DNA of 64,000 nt from Deltaproteobacteria bacterium. GTDB lineage: Bacteria; Bdellovibrionota_B; Oligoflexia; Oligoflexales; Bog-1112. Within the stretch, counting starts at the first letter, position 1; each line of letters begins with the position of its first letter. Under the pieces are notes generated by a model. The model had not been told where the DNA came from and made no database searches. It saw nothing but the letters and a program-made list of their open reading frames with translations. The stretch lies in contig CANIBL010000003.1 of the NCBI GenBank assembly GCA_947466225.1, positions 2,574-66,573 of the forward strand, in the 5' to 3' direction. The position numbers and the translations under genes are program-made. This document shows positions 1-9,786 of this stretch, piece after piece.

Positions 1-510
1 CTTATCAGCAGAGGCAGCCGACGCAGGCTCATGAGATCCTGCTTTTGTAGCGGAAAATTCATAAAACTTAATTGCATCTACCACCATAATAAGATCAGCA
101 TAGTCCACATCTTCTTCCGTAAATAGAGTGGCTTTTTCTGCTTTTGGGAATTTCTCTTTTACTTTCCGCAATTCGCGGTGAAGCTCCAAAACGCCACTTT
201 TATCATTCGAAAAAGACAGGACTTTTTCTTTTTCCCCTGTTTCGATGCTCCGAAGCGAAATATCTTTTTTTGCAAGATCGATATTAATCGTAACGTCTTT
301 TATCTTTTCCTCTGGCTTTTTATTAGCAGGTTCACTTGGCGCAGCATTTGTTAAGAACGGCGCTTGAACCTCAATAATACCAATGGAAACAAAAACCGCT
401 GAAAAGAGAAGGAAGGTGCAAAGCAACGAAAAAATGTCGATAAACGGCATCACGTTTAATTCAACAGATCCGCCCGCTTGCTGCACTTTATGTTTTTTTT
501 TCCGGCTCAT
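1..510 (-). CDS. ExbD/TolR-family biopolymer transport protein (3' end runs off the window edge)
   Basis: Absent from the ORF track because there is no stop inside the window. Reverse-strand ATG at 510-508. My translation is MSRKKKHKVQQAGGSVELNVMPFIDIFSLLCTFLLFSAVF..., with a basic N-terminus, one TM helix and the NVMPFIDI motif typical of ExbD/TolR. It lies 25 nt downstream of the MotA/TolQ/ExbB gene on the same strand. Confidence 0.75.
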   Translation of the reverse strand, partial: MSRKKKHKVQQAGGSVELNVMPFIDIFSLLCTFLLFSAVFVSIGIIEVQAPFLTNAAPSEPANKKPEEKIKDVTINIDLAKKDISLRSIETGEKEKVLSFSNDKSGVLELHRELRKVKEKFPKAEKATLFTEEDVDYADLIMVVDAIKFYEFSATKAGSHEPASAASADK

Positions 511-535
511 CCATCTACTTTCAAGAAAATGTGGC

Positions 536-1183
536 TTATGGCTTTACTTTTCTCGTGTACAAAATATCCATCAATTTAGATACATTGAGGTTAATATTAT
601 TCAAAATGTCGGTCTGTTTGGCAGTCAAAATTCCGTGAGCCAAAATACAAAGAAGTGCTGTACCGAGACCAAACGAAGTAGCTGTTAATGCTTCTGAAAT
701 CCCCTCTGCCAATAATGCCTGCTTTTGCGCCCCAGTAGCAGTTGCGGCTGCACCAAAAGATTTCATCAAACCAAAGATGGTACCCAAAAGTCCCATCAGT
801 GTGGCTACGTTTGCTGCGGTTCCCAATAAGGGCACCATCTTTGTTACCCGTGCTGTCGCTTCCAAAATGGCTGATTCCATCGCCATTTCGATTTCTTCTG
901 CAGAATCATCTGCTCGTTTTAGCCCCTCCGTCAGCACAGTAGGCAGCAATTTTGGACGAGCCTTGTGGCACAATCGAATGGCATTCTCAATGGACTCACC
1001 CATAATCATCTTCTGCACGGCAGCCATGAATGCAGAGCTATTCCCCAAGTCATATTGCAACCAAAATCGGTACGATCTTTCTAAAATGATAACAATAGCA
1101 AGAAGAAAAACCATAAATATCGAGCTCATAACAGCTGGTCCACCCTCATGAAACAGCCTAGAAATTGTAGTAAAAACTTCCAT
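536..1183 (-). CDS. MotA/TolQ/ExbB-family proton-channel protein
   Basis: 215 aa with three predicted TM segments. The C-terminal region GLLGTIFGLMKSF...ALTATSFGLGTAL resembles the conserved TolQ/ExbB core. An ExbD/TolR gene follows. Confidence 0.88.
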   Translation of the reverse strand: MEVFTTISRLFHEGGPAVMSSIFMVFLLAIVIILERSYRFWLQYDLGNSSAFMAAVQKMIMGESIENAIRLCHKARPKLLPTVLTEGLKRADDSAEEIEMAMESAILEATARVTKMVPLLGTAANVATLMGLLGTIFGLMKSFGAAATATGAQKQALLAEGISEALTATSFGLGTALLCILAHGILTAKQTDILNNINLNVSKLMDILYTRKVKP

Positions 1184-1327
1184 CAGTATTTCCTTTCATC
1201 TAGAGGATGGATAGGCCGTAAAAACAAACCAGGAAAAAAAAGTCAAATGAGACAAATTCAACTGACTCTCTTATAATTGTAGAAAGTGTATATCCGTCTG
1301 TCAATCAACCCAAATAAAGTCTACAGC

Positions 1328-2218
1328 ATGAAGACAATACTCTGCTTGAATTCTTCGCCTGAATCGGCATTTCCCTCCATCGCTGTTTTTCAAGAAATTA
1401 CAAAAAATATAAAAATTATTTATGTAGATAGCCTTATTGCAGCTGAATCATTTCTTGAATCAGAAGCCACCATCTCTATTTTTGTCACCACACACCTTTC
1501 ACAGTCCCTCCTCATGACTTGTAAAAAATCGGTGCAAATTATTTTTTTCTCCAACATTCCATTTGAAAAGGCAGCCTCTATATATAATAGAGCTGCTGGC
1601 TCCCACTATTTACAAGTCATTCCATCATCCCCTCTGTGTCTCGATTTTTTATTTTCCAGCATTCAAGCTATTCTGAATCGAAATTTATTTGAAAGAAAAA
1701 ATCTATTCACAAGCCCATTTAGGATGGTTAACTTTTCTCTCGCAGAATTCGGCAAAGATCAAATTTGCAAAGAAATCGAAATACTTTCAGATTCTTTGCT
1801 TCGATCCACCTTTAAATCGAAGATGCAATACTCCATCGCAGAAGAAATGCTGATGAATGCTGAAAAGAACGCGATTCCTACCCAAAAATCACCTTCACAA
1901 GCCCCTATTTCTCTGACGTGCGAATATAATAATCATTTATTTCTTATTTCAACAAAAGATCCGTATGGTTCTTTTTCAGCATCTAAATTTTTTGACTATG
2001 TAATGAGACAAACCGGACATAATGGAGAACATCTAATTGAATCCAAAAAAAATGGAGCCGGTCTTGGCTTATATAAAATCATCCATTCCTGCCATGGGCT
2101 ACTTTGTCACGTCCAAGAAAATATCCAAACAGAAGTGACCTCTGTCTTTTTCCCAAAAGTGCCAATTCTTAAAGTGGAGAAACAACCCAGATTGATTCAA
2201 TATTTCCGCCGATCATAA
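1328..2218 (+). CDS. Hypothetical protein with a C-terminal HATPase-like (anti-sigma-factor/serine-kinase type) ATP-binding region
   Basis: The ORF track starts at 1286 (GTG); the first ATG is at 1328 (MKTILCLN...). The C-terminal part shows N-box-like AEEMLMNAEKNA, G1-like STKDPYGSF and G2-like KKNGAGLGLYKI. The N-terminal ~120 aa looks like a degenerate receiver/STAS-like alpha-beta region. The function call is weak. Confidence 0.45.
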   Translation: MKTILCLNSSPESAFPSIAVFQEITKNIKIIYVDSLIAAESFLESEATISIFVTTHLSQSLLMTCKKSVQIIFFSNIPFEKAASIYNRAAGSHYLQVIPSSPLCLDFLFSSIQAILNRNLFERKNLFTSPFRMVNFSLAEFGKDQICKEIEILSDSLLRSTFKSKMQYSIAEEMLMNAEKNAIPTQKSPSQAPISLTCEYNNHLFLISTKDPYGSFSASKFFDYVMRQTGHNGEHLIESKKNGAGLGLYKIIHSCHGLLCHVQENIQTEVTSVFFPKVPILKVEKQPRLIQYFRRS

Positions 2219-2325
2219 TCTGCACCGCTTTACCAAGCCAATAGAAATGATGCTGCGCAAAAAAAGCAGGGGGGGTACATATATACCCGTGAAAATACCT
2301 CGACGTTTTATCGAAAAGGCTACTT

Positions 2326-3552
2326 ATGAAAAAAATATGTGTACAAAACCCCATCGTAGAACTCGATGGCGACGAAATGACTCGGATTATTTGGTCCAAA
2401 ATTAAAGAGACGCTCATTCATCCCTACTTGGAGCTTCCCATTCACTATTTTGACCTCAGCATCGAAAACCGCGATCGAACCAATGATCAAGTTACTCTAG
2501 ATGCTGCACAGGCCATACAAATGCACGATGTTGGTATTAAATGCGCGACAATTACACCTGATGAAGAAAGAGTAAAAGAGTTCAATTTAAAGAAAATGTG
2601 GAAAAGCCCAAACGGGACACTCAGAAATTTCCTCGGTGGAACCGTATTTCGAGCTCCGATCATTTGTAAAAACATTCCCCGTTTGATCCCAAACTGGAAA
2701 AAACCCATTGTAATTGGCCGGCATGCGCATGCCGATCAATACAAATGCCAAGATATAAAAATCAATAAAAAGGGCGCCCTGAAACTGGTGTTCGAATCAG
2801 AAGATGGAACAGAAGAATCATGGAAAATCCATGATTTTGAAGGCCCTGGCATCGGCCTGGGCATGTTTAATACAGATGAATCAATCTATGGGTTTGCCCG
2901 CTCTTGTATGGCATATGCCCTTGGAAAGGGGTACCCTCTATATCTCTCTACAAAAAATACCATTCTTAAATCTTATGATGGCCGATTTAAGGATATTTTT
3001 GCAGAGGTGTATGCAAAAGAGTTTCAAGAAAAATTTTCACAAAAAAATATCGTGTATGAACATCGTTTGATCGATGATCTTGTTGCCCAAGTATTAAAGT
3101 GGGAAGGCGGTATTGTATGGGCTTGCAAAAATTATGATGGGGATGTGCAATCAGATATAGTAGCGCAAGGATTTGGCAGCCTTGGATTGATGACCTCTAT
3201 TTTGCTATGCCCCAATGGAAGAACCATTGAAACCGAGGCAGCCCACGGGACCGTGACCCGACATTTCCGTCAACATCAAGCCGGAAAAGCCACCTCGACA
3301 AATCCCATTGCCAGTATCTTTGCCTGGACACAAGGCCTCTCCCATCGAGGAAAATTGGACCAAAACACCCAATTGATTCAATGGGCGGATACACTCGAAA
3401 AATCTTGTATAGAGACAATAGAAGGCGGAGAAATGACGAAAGACCTGGCGGTGTGCATCCACGGCGACACCCCTTCCTCCAATTATTATCTAACAACGGA
3501 GCAGTTTATCGAGGCCATATCCAAGCGCTTTTCCCAGCGGCTCAAAATATAG
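2326..3552 (+). CDS. icd: NADP-dependent isocitrate dehydrogenase (eukaryote-like homodimeric subfamily)
   Basis: 408 aa. The N-terminus [22 protein letters not shown] and later motifs ([31 protein letters not shown]) are characteristic of type II NADP-IDH. Confidence 0.95.
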   Translation: MKKICVQNPIVELDGDEMTRIIWSKIKETLIHPYLELPIHYFDLSIENRDRTNDQVTLDAAQAIQMHDVGIKCATITPDEERVKEFNLKKMWKSPNGTLRNFLGGTVFRAPIICKNIPRLIPNWKKPIVIGRHAHADQYKCQDIKINKKGALKLVFESEDGTEESWKIHDFEGPGIGLGMFNTDESIYGFARSCMAYALGKGYPLYLSTKNTILKSYDGRFKDIFAEVYAKEFQEKFSQKNIVYEHRLIDDLVAQVLKWEGGIVWACKNYDGDVQSDIVAQGFGSLGLMTSILLCPNGRTIETEAAHGTVTRHFRQHQAGKATSTNPIASIFAWTQGLSHRGKLDQNTQLIQWADTLEKSCIETIEGGEMTKDLAVCIHGDTPSSNYYLTTEQFIEAISKRFSQRLKI

Positions 3553-3590
3553 CCTCATCTTTCTGATTTCCTGTTGGCCAAAAAAAAAGT

Positions 3591-4724
3591 ATGCTCACAG
3601 ACAACTCTCAAAAATTGGAATTGTCTATGGGCGTTTTTTTTCAAAACGTATGCAAAGCATATGGAAAATTTCAAGCTGTTAAAGATTTGACCATTCAAAT
3701 CCCAAAGGGGTCTCTCCACTTTCTCCTCGGACCATCTGGGTGTGGAAAGACCACTACGCTACGACTTTTAGCGGGCCTTGAAACCACGACATCCGGCAAA
3801 ATATTCATTGACAACCTTGAGGTTACTCATCTACCTGCCGCCAAACGCAATATTGGGATGGTGTTTCAAAATTATGCTCTTTGGCCCCATATGACCGTAA
3901 AAAAAAATATTTCGTATGTGCTAGATTTACAGAAGCTAACAGAAAAAGAAAAAATAGACCGATTAGAAGAAGCCTTATCCATTACCCATTTGCACGCGTT
4001 TCAAGATCGTCTACCCGGACAACTCTCCGGCGGTCAACAGCAACGTGTAGCTCTTGCTCGCGCTCTTGCCATTCGCCCTAAACTGCTACTTCTCGATGAA
4101 CCACTCTGTAATTTAGATACCCAGCTTCGCTTGGAGATGCGGGAAAATATTTTACGAATTCATGAAAAAACGAAAATCACCACCCTTTATGTCACCCATG
4201 ATCAAAAAGAAGCCCTCTCCATGGGGACCTCCATTACAGTCATGCATGAAGGGAGCGAAATTCAAACCGGATCTCCAAGAGATCTCTATTTGCGCCCGAG
4301 AACCCCATTTTTAGCTAATTTTATCGGCGAAACCAATTTGTTGCCAGGTAAAATTATACAGAAAAAAGACCATACTTTTTCTCTTGAAACGGAAATTGGA
4401 CATCTAACTGTTTCTTCCACAGAAGAATTTCAGCTTCATCAAAAAGTTAATATTTCCATACGACCCGAATGCATCAAGCTTGTAGAAAGGGAAAAAAATC
4501 TTGAACCTAGCTCTCATCAATTCACCCTGCAATCCGGCAGCTCTACCTACCAAGGGGAATGCGAAATTTTGCAGCTTTATACGCACAGCAGAAGAAAAAT
4601 AAAATGTTTAACATTCAATACAGATACCCCAACCCCAAAAGTAGGCGGATCTATTGAATGCATCGTTCAAAATAAAGACATCGTTCTTCTTCCCGAAACC
4701 TTTGCCGGTGAAACGAGGTCCTGA
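3591..4724 (+). CDS. ABC transporter ATP-binding protein (FbpC/PotA-like importer ATPase with a C-terminal regulatory/TOBE-like domain)
   Basis: Walker A GPSGCGKTT, signature LSGGQQQRVALARAL, Walker B LLLLDEP, H-loop VTHDQ. A ~130-aa C-terminal extension is typical of importer ATPases. The stop overlaps the start of the permease gene. Confidence 0.9.
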   Translation: MLTDNSQKLELSMGVFFQNVCKAYGKFQAVKDLTIQIPKGSLHFLLGPSGCGKTTTLRLLAGLETTTSGKIFIDNLEVTHLPAAKRNIGMVFQNYALWPHMTVKKNISYVLDLQKLTEKEKIDRLEEALSITHLHAFQDRLPGQLSGGQQQRVALARALAIRPKLLLLDEPLCNLDTQLRLEMRENILRIHEKTKITTLYVTHDQKEALSMGTSITVMHEGSEIQTGSPRDLYLRPRTPFLANFIGETNLLPGKIIQKKDHTFSLETEIGHLTVSSTEEFQLHQKVNISIRPECIKLVEREKNLEPSSHQFTLQSGSSTYQGECEILQLYTHSRRKIKCLTFNTDTPTPKVGGSIECIVQNKDIVLLPETFAGETRS

Positions 4725-6445
4725 TGCTTGCAACAGACTTTCGAACCTCTTTCAAATGGAAACTGCAAGAAGGTGTATTCGCCTACGCCATTCCTGCTTT
4801 TGTTATGGTAATTCTCGGTGTCTTCTTTGTTTTTCCTATTGGGACGCTTGTCCTAAAATCCTTTATTGGTCCAGCCGGTTTTACCCTTGAATATTTCCGA
4901 CTCCTATTCCAAAATCAGCTTCACACCACCGCAATTGTAAATAGTCTCCAAATTGGATTATATAGCACACTCACCGCAACCCTTATTTCCATCCCATTGG
5001 GGTTAATTCATGTGAAATGTAAATTCAAAGGAAAAGGATTCCTATTCGGTCTAATTTTGCTTCCCATGATTATGCCACCATTTGTAGGCGCCATTGGAAT
5101 TCAACAGTTTTTTTCTTTGTATGGTGCAATCAATCTCTTTTTGATTTCCCACAATATTATTGCAACGCCAATACCTTGGCTAGAGAACAACCATTCCTTC
5201 TATATTGTCATCCTATTAGAAGCACTTCACCTGTATCCAATTTTATATCTCAACCTAACCGCCGCGCTGTCCAATATTGATCCCTCTCTCGAAGAAATGG
5301 CCGATTTATTCGGGGTTTCAAAACTACGAAAGCTCACCAGCATCTTGCTCCCGTTGGCAACACCTGGGTTTATCGCAGGGGCAACCGTAGTCTTTATTTG
5401 GTCCTTTACTGATTTAGGGACCCCCCTTCTTGTTGGATACCATGAAGTCGTGCCAGTACGAATTTTCAATATGGTCACCGATATTCAAGAAAACCCCATG
5501 GGTTTTGCCTTGGTCTTCATCGTTATCTTGATGACAATGCTATTTTTTGGGATCTCTCGGCTTACACTCCGAAATACCAAAAAATATGAAATGATGGCAA
5601 AAGGCCATGTCACAGAATCCGCAAAAAGCACGTCTTTTTTTGGCACACTTTTAATCTATATTTTTTGTATCGTTATCCTGTTTTTTGCCTTATTTCCCCA
5701 CCTATCTGTTTTGTTAAAAAGCGTTAGTGAAAACTGGTTTATGACGGCATTACCGGAAAAATACACCCTTGAGCATTACACAAAAATATTTGTACAAGAA
5801 CTTCCATTTATTGGAATCAAAAACAGCCTGTTTTATTCTTCCATTTCCACATTATTTGATTTGATTTTTGGGGTTGCTATCGCATATTTACTTACCCGGA
5901 AAAAACTACCATTTGGATCTCTTTTTGAATCCATCGTCATGCTTCCACTTGCCATTCCAGGGATTGTCTTGGCGTTTGGATATATTGTGACCTTTAGCAA
6001 CACGCCCTTAGATCCCCTGTCGAATCCAGTACCCCTTTTAATTATATCCTATGGAATTCGACGCCTCCCATATATGGTCCGTTCTGCCACGGCTGGTTTG
6101 CAGCAAACTCATATCAGCTTAGAAGAGTCGTCCTCTCTCTTTGGCGCCAGCCGGTCCCATACGCTTCGTAAAGTCATTGCCCCAATTTTAACTGCCAACT
6201 TGATTGCCGGAGGCTTACTGTGTTTTTCTTACGCCATGCTAGATGTTTCTGACTCTCTTCTTTTGGCCATGAAAGAACAATTTTTTCCCATTACAAAATC
6301 TATTTATACCCTGTACCTCGAGCAAGGAAATGGCGATGTAACAGCAAGTGCACTTGGCATGTTTGTCATGCTGCTATTAGGAGGTGCGATATTGCTCGCA
6401 GCAAATATTTTGGGGAAAAAATTGGGAGAGTTATTTCGAAGCTAG
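4724..6445 (+). CDS. ABC transporter permease, fused two-domain type (iron(III)/thiamine-type FbpB/ThiP-like)
   Basis: 573 aa and very hydrophobic, with two tandem permease halves each carrying an EAA-like loop (EEMADLFGVSKLRK and LEESSSLFGASRSHTLRKV). Translationally coupled to the ATPase. Confidence 0.85.
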   Translation: MLATDFRTSFKWKLQEGVFAYAIPAFVMVILGVFFVFPIGTLVLKSFIGPAGFTLEYFRLLFQNQLHTTAIVNSLQIGLYSTLTATLISIPLGLIHVKCKFKGKGFLFGLILLPMIMPPFVGAIGIQQFFSLYGAINLFLISHNIIATPIPWLENNHSFYIVILLEALHLYPILYLNLTAALSNIDPSLEEMADLFGVSKLRKLTSILLPLATPGFIAGATVVFIWSFTDLGTPLLVGYHEVVPVRIFNMVTDIQENPMGFALVFIVILMTMLFFGISRLTLRNTKKYEMMAKGHVTESAKSTSFFGTLLIYIFCIVILFFALFPHLSVLLKSVSENWFMTALPEKYTLEHYTKIFVQELPFIGIKNSLFYSSISTLFDLIFGVAIAYLLTRKKLPFGSLFESIVMLPLAIPGIVLAFGYIVTFSNTPLDPLSNPVPLLIISYGIRRLPYMVRSATAGLQQTHISLEESSSLFGASRSHTLRKVIAPILTANLIAGGLLCFSYAMLDVSDSLLLAMKEQFFPITKSIYTLYLEQGNGDVTASALGMFVMLLLGGAILLAANILGKKLGELFRS

Positions 6446-7251
6446 AAATCCATCTTTTCTATTGAAAAAGAAAACTTCTCCCTCAGGACCTGCTCTAATT
6501 CGCGAGAAAGAAGGGAAGAAGTACTCAAAAAAACAGTAGAGCCTGGGGTAGCTTGTTGCAACGCGCTTAAGGGCAACAAAGAAATTGCGCGTTTTGCTAC
6601 CGCTGAAACAGAATCTACCCATTGAATCGGCCGATCAAAAGCCGCTTGAAGCTCTGCCTGCAAAAACGAGAAATGGGTACAGGCCAGCACCACCGTATCC
6701 AATTTTTTCTCTTTCTGTAAGACCTTCACTTCTGCTTGAATTTCCACAGCAGAAGGAAAAATACCCTGCAGTTTTTCTTCTGCAATTTCGACCAAACGAG
6801 AACTCCCACACCGGATCACCGTACACGTAGACGCAAACTGCTCTTCTAATTTTTGAGTATAAGAGCGAGATACGGTCGCTTTTGTCGCCAGCACCCCAAT
6901 CACATGGGTTTGGCTCACTTGACTGGCCGTTTTAATTGCGGGAACCGTCCCGACAATGGGAAAGGACACGCTTTTTCGTAATACATCTAAAAGTAACGTA
7001 CTGGCTGTGTTGCATGGAATCACAAGCAAATTGAAGGTATACCGCTGGGACAGCATCTCAACCAATGCAATCATCCGTTGCAGCAAGGCCTTTTCTGTTT
7101 TGAGGCCATAGGGGAAAAAAGCATAATCCGCACAGTACAGCGTATCTACCGCTGGCGCCTGACTGCGAAAAGCAGAGTAAATAGACAATCCTCCGATACC
7201 GGAGTCAATAAAACATACTCTGTATCGAGGAGATGTGTTCATGTAAGGCAC
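6442..7251 (-). CDS. murI: Glutamate racemase
   Basis: 269 aa with FIDSGIGGLS near the N-terminus and the two catalytic Cys motifs VIPCNTAS and VLACTHFSF. Confidence 0.9.
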   Translation of the reverse strand: MPYMNTSPRYRVCFIDSGIGGLSIYSAFRSQAPAVDTLYCADYAFFPYGLKTEKALLQRMIALVEMLSQRYTFNLLVIPCNTASTLLLDVLRKSVSFPIVGTVPAIKTASQVSQTHVIGVLATKATVSRSYTQKLEEQFASTCTVIRCGSSRLVEIAEEKLQGIFPSAVEIQAEVKVLQKEKKLDTVVLACTHFSFLQAELQAAFDRPIQWVDSVSAVAKRAISLLPLSALQQATPGSTVFLSTSSLLSRELEQVLREKFSFSIEKMDF

Positions 7252-7568
7252 TCCTTCACTTCTTCTACCGAGCAGTACGGAGGAGAATTTTGATAGGCTA
7301 CCCGTTGATTGATAAAAGTCGCAATTTCTTCATACGAAAATCCCTCTTGGGTCAATCGGGTCACAATTTTTTTAAAGACCAACTCGACCAATGGCTCAGA
7401 AATCGGCAACGATTCAAACAGAAAGGTCCGATGTACTACCTCTTTCACATATTTAGAATCCCACTCCAGATCTCTTGGGAGATTACCCAGCAGAACTTCA
7501 CAATTTCGGAGTGTTCCAATCATCTCTTGCGCCCACTCGGGGCACACCTTTTCGTTTTCCATCTTCAC
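7239..7568 (-). CDS. Hypothetical 109-aa protein
   Basis: Intact ORF on the same strand as its neighbours. Its 3' end overlaps the murI start by 13 nt, which suggests co-transcription. I recognise no motif. Confidence 0.5.
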   Translation of the reverse strand: MKMENEKVCPEWAQEMIGTLRNCEVLLGNLPRDLEWDSKYVKEVVHRTFLFESLPISEPLVELVFKKIVTRLTQEGFSYEEIATFINQRVAYQNSPPYCSVEEVKECLT

Positions 7569-7667
7569 TCTCTTCTTTTCTACCTACTAACCTGCAAGAC
7601 TCCTATTTATACGCAAAATCCATAAAGAAAGAAAGACGTCATGCAACCATCCGAATTACCTTATTTT

Positions 7668-8201
7668 TTACCCTGCAGCTGGCTTCCTCTCCGCTGCTGG
7701 TCGATCTTTTTTCCCCATATCGGCTTCTTTTTCCAATTTTTCCTCTAGTTCCTTTTTTTGCTTTTCTTTTAGCTCATATTTCTTTTCCAGCTTCTCATGC
7801 TCGGTCTTTAGCATCGCATAGGCTTCATTGCTGCTTCGAATGGTAGCGGCTAAGTCTTTCATAACGACTTTGACCCAAACCGGTACATCGGTAAGCAGCT
7901 TGTCTCGCTGCCCCTGTGTAATCACAACGTATTCCAACTCTGTCTTTGCTATTGCGGTTGCGCTTCGTGGATCACCTGCCACAAACGACATGGTGCCGAT
8001 CACATTTTTATCTTTTAGTGTAGCAAGTATAACATCTTGCCCAGATTCAGCATCTCGCACCGAAAGTTCGACTATACCTTTGGTAATAAAGTATAGATCC
8101 CCCCCCTTATCTCCTTGCTTAAATAAGGTACGACCCGCTCCCATGAGCAAAACCTTGTCACTCATCAATTCCACCCCATATTTGATATGTATGAGCTCCA
8201 T
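7668..8201 (-). CDS. Cyclic-nucleotide-binding domain protein with a C-terminal coiled coil
   Basis: cNMP-binding beta-roll features (GDKGGDLYFITKGIVEL, GTMSFVAGDPRSATAIA) followed by a Lys/Glu-rich heptad-like tail (KLEKKYELKEKQKKELEEKLEKE). Confidence 0.75.
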   Translation of the reverse strand: MELIHIKYGVELMSDKVLLMGAGRTLFKQGDKGGDLYFITKGIVELSVRDAESGQDVILATLKDKNVIGTMSFVAGDPRSATAIAKTELEYVVITQGQRDKLLTDVPVWVKVVMKDLAATIRSSNEAYAMLKTEHEKLEKKYELKEKQKKELEEKLEKEADMGKKDRPAAERKPAAG

Positions 8202-8224
8202 TGTAACATTGTAACAAAGCGGCT

Positions 8225-8644
8225 TTACTCACGCCAAATTCTGGCCGCCAACCCATACCCATGGGACGCTATGGCAAGCATCCAGAGACTTAGACCGATG
8301 CCGATACAGAGTTGATTCCATGTCCAGGTCGACACAGAGGGAGTCGAATAGGATTCTAAAAAGACCAAAAGGCTCATAACCCAGGCGCCAATGCCAATAC
8401 CAATGCTTTGAAAAATACGGGTAAAATTCCGACTGCTTGAATATGGAATCGAAAGACCATACACGATTTGAAGTAAAGCAAATAACGTGCCATGAGCATG
8501 AGAAGAGCGAAACAGGGAAATCCTCCAGGAGTCAGAAATCCCGGGAGAAAACACGTACTGCTGCACCACTTCCATTCGAAGAAAGACCCCCATCAGGCCA
8601 CAAAAAAAGAGCAAAAAAAACCCACAAAGCATGTTCATCGCCAT
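8225..8644 (-). CDS. Hypothetical integral membrane protein
   Basis: The track ORF 8225-8752 overlaps the upstream NUDIX gene by 100 nt. The internal ATG at 8644 (MAMNMLCGFFLLFF...) lies 9 nt after that gene's stop and begins the first of about 4 TM helices. Confidence 0.6.
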   Translation of the reverse strand: MAMNMLCGFFLLFFCGLMGVFLRMEVVQQYVFSPGISDSWRISLFRSSHAHGTLFALLQIVYGLSIPYSSSRNFTRIFQSIGIGIGAWVMSLLVFLESYSTPSVSTWTWNQLCIGIGLSLWMLAIASHGYGLAARIWRE

Positions 8645-8652
8645 TAATTTTC

Positions 8653-9114
8653 TCACGGGAAACTCAATAGAGAGAAGTGCTGCAAAGCACTTTGATAGAC
8701 AGATTTTTTCCACTCCACCACGGTATCTATCGCTTGCGCAGGCAAAATCCATTTTGTCTCGATAAATTCTTCATCAACAGCTTGATCAAGCTGTGGCCCA
8801 TGCGAAGGAAAAAATTGACACAGAAACCACCGCTGGGTTTGCCCCTTATATAATTTTGCAATGGGTCGATCCAAAGCGGATGGAAAATCGTAGGACAACA
8901 CATCCGGCATTTTTTGTAAAATGCTAAACTCAGAGCACCCAATTTCTTCTTTCATTTCTCGATACAATGCTTCTTCTTCTGATTCCCCTAGCTCAACCCC
9001 ACCTTGAGGGAACTGCCATGCGTCTCGATCCTGCCGTCGCCCCATCAGAACATGGCCCTCTGCATTGAGAAAAACGCCAACTACACAACTTCTATATGTC
9101 AACACATCACACAT
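8653..9114 (-). CDS. rppH: NUDIX hydrolase, RNA pyrophosphohydrolase-like
   Basis: 153 aa with Nudix box GGVELGESEEEALYREMKEEIG. The size and the QTQRWFL segment resemble RppH/NudH. Confidence 0.8.
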   Translation of the reverse strand: MCDVLTYRSCVVGVFLNAEGHVLMGRRQDRDAWQFPQGGVELGESEEEALYREMKEEIGCSEFSILQKMPDVLSYDFPSALDRPIAKLYKGQTQRWFLCQFFPSHGPQLDQAVDEEFIETKWILPAQAIDTVVEWKKSVYQSALQHFSLLSFP

Positions 9115-9195
9115 CCTTTAGGAAAAAAGTTCCCACTCGATATTCCAAGCAAAAATAGCCCTTATGGTACCATAGATTCAAGAAGGAGAACCACG

Positions 9196-9786
9196 ATGAA
9201 GTTACTCCACATTTTTTTCGTTTCTAGCGGGATTTCCATTTTTACCACTCCGATATTGGCTTCCGCGCATTTTACCCTGCGCGGCACCATAAGCGAGAAC
9301 AATATGATGCTGCGAACCCAAGAATCGCATGCTGCAAGCATCTCTGCTAGCGTTGACTTGGGCACTTATTTTCAAATTGGCATCACGCATCGAGAGGCGA
9401 CCAATAATTTAGTTGGATATTATTTAAATGAAACTACACAATCCTATGATTATTCCGAAGAAAAAACAGTCAGCATGGCGAATTCCATCGATCTCACGAT
9501 CATCCTCTATGATGGAGCCATTTTTGTTCCCTATGTCCAGGCAGGGGTTGTAAAAAAAGACTATATTATTACACAAGCCATTAACCAAGGTGCTGCAGAT
9601 CGCGAAAGCTACTCCTTTCCACCTGCCCCAAATGGCGGAGTTGGGCTCTCGGTTCGACTCAATCGGAATTTTTCCTTGGACCTTTCCTATACAGTTTCAC
9701 CTTCTGCAAAGCAAAAATTGCCCACTACCCAAGCGGAGTCGGCTGTTGACTCCTATGCTGCGGTTGGAATTAAATACGATTTATAA
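9196..9786 (+). CDS. Small outer-membrane beta-barrel protein (putative)
   Basis: The track ORF starts at 9004. An internal ATG at 9196 is preceded by AAGGAG and gives a signal peptide (MKLLHIFFVSSGISIFTTPILASA). The sequence has alternating hydrophobic beta-strand patterns and a C-terminal ...AAVGIKYDL ending typical of OMP barrels. Confidence 0.6.
   Translation: MKLLHIFFVSSGISIFTTPILASAHFTLRGTISENNMMLRTQESHAASISASVDLGTYFQIGITHREATNNLVGYYLNETTQSYDYSEEKTVSMANSIDLTIILYDGAIFVPYVQAGVVKKDYIITQAINQGAADRESYSFPPAPNGGVGLSVRLNRNFSLDLSYTVSPSAKQKLPTTQAESAVDSYAAVGIKYDL

Noticed and set aside
777-1151. Numerous 60-170-aa ORFs nested antisense or out of frame inside long genes (e.g. 777-1151, 22474-22977, 22883-23377, 29638-29928, 34882-35439, 42860-43342)
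   Set aside because: Each lies wholly within a longer ORF that has clear family motifs. None has its own start context or a recognisable motif. They are treated as shadow ORFs.
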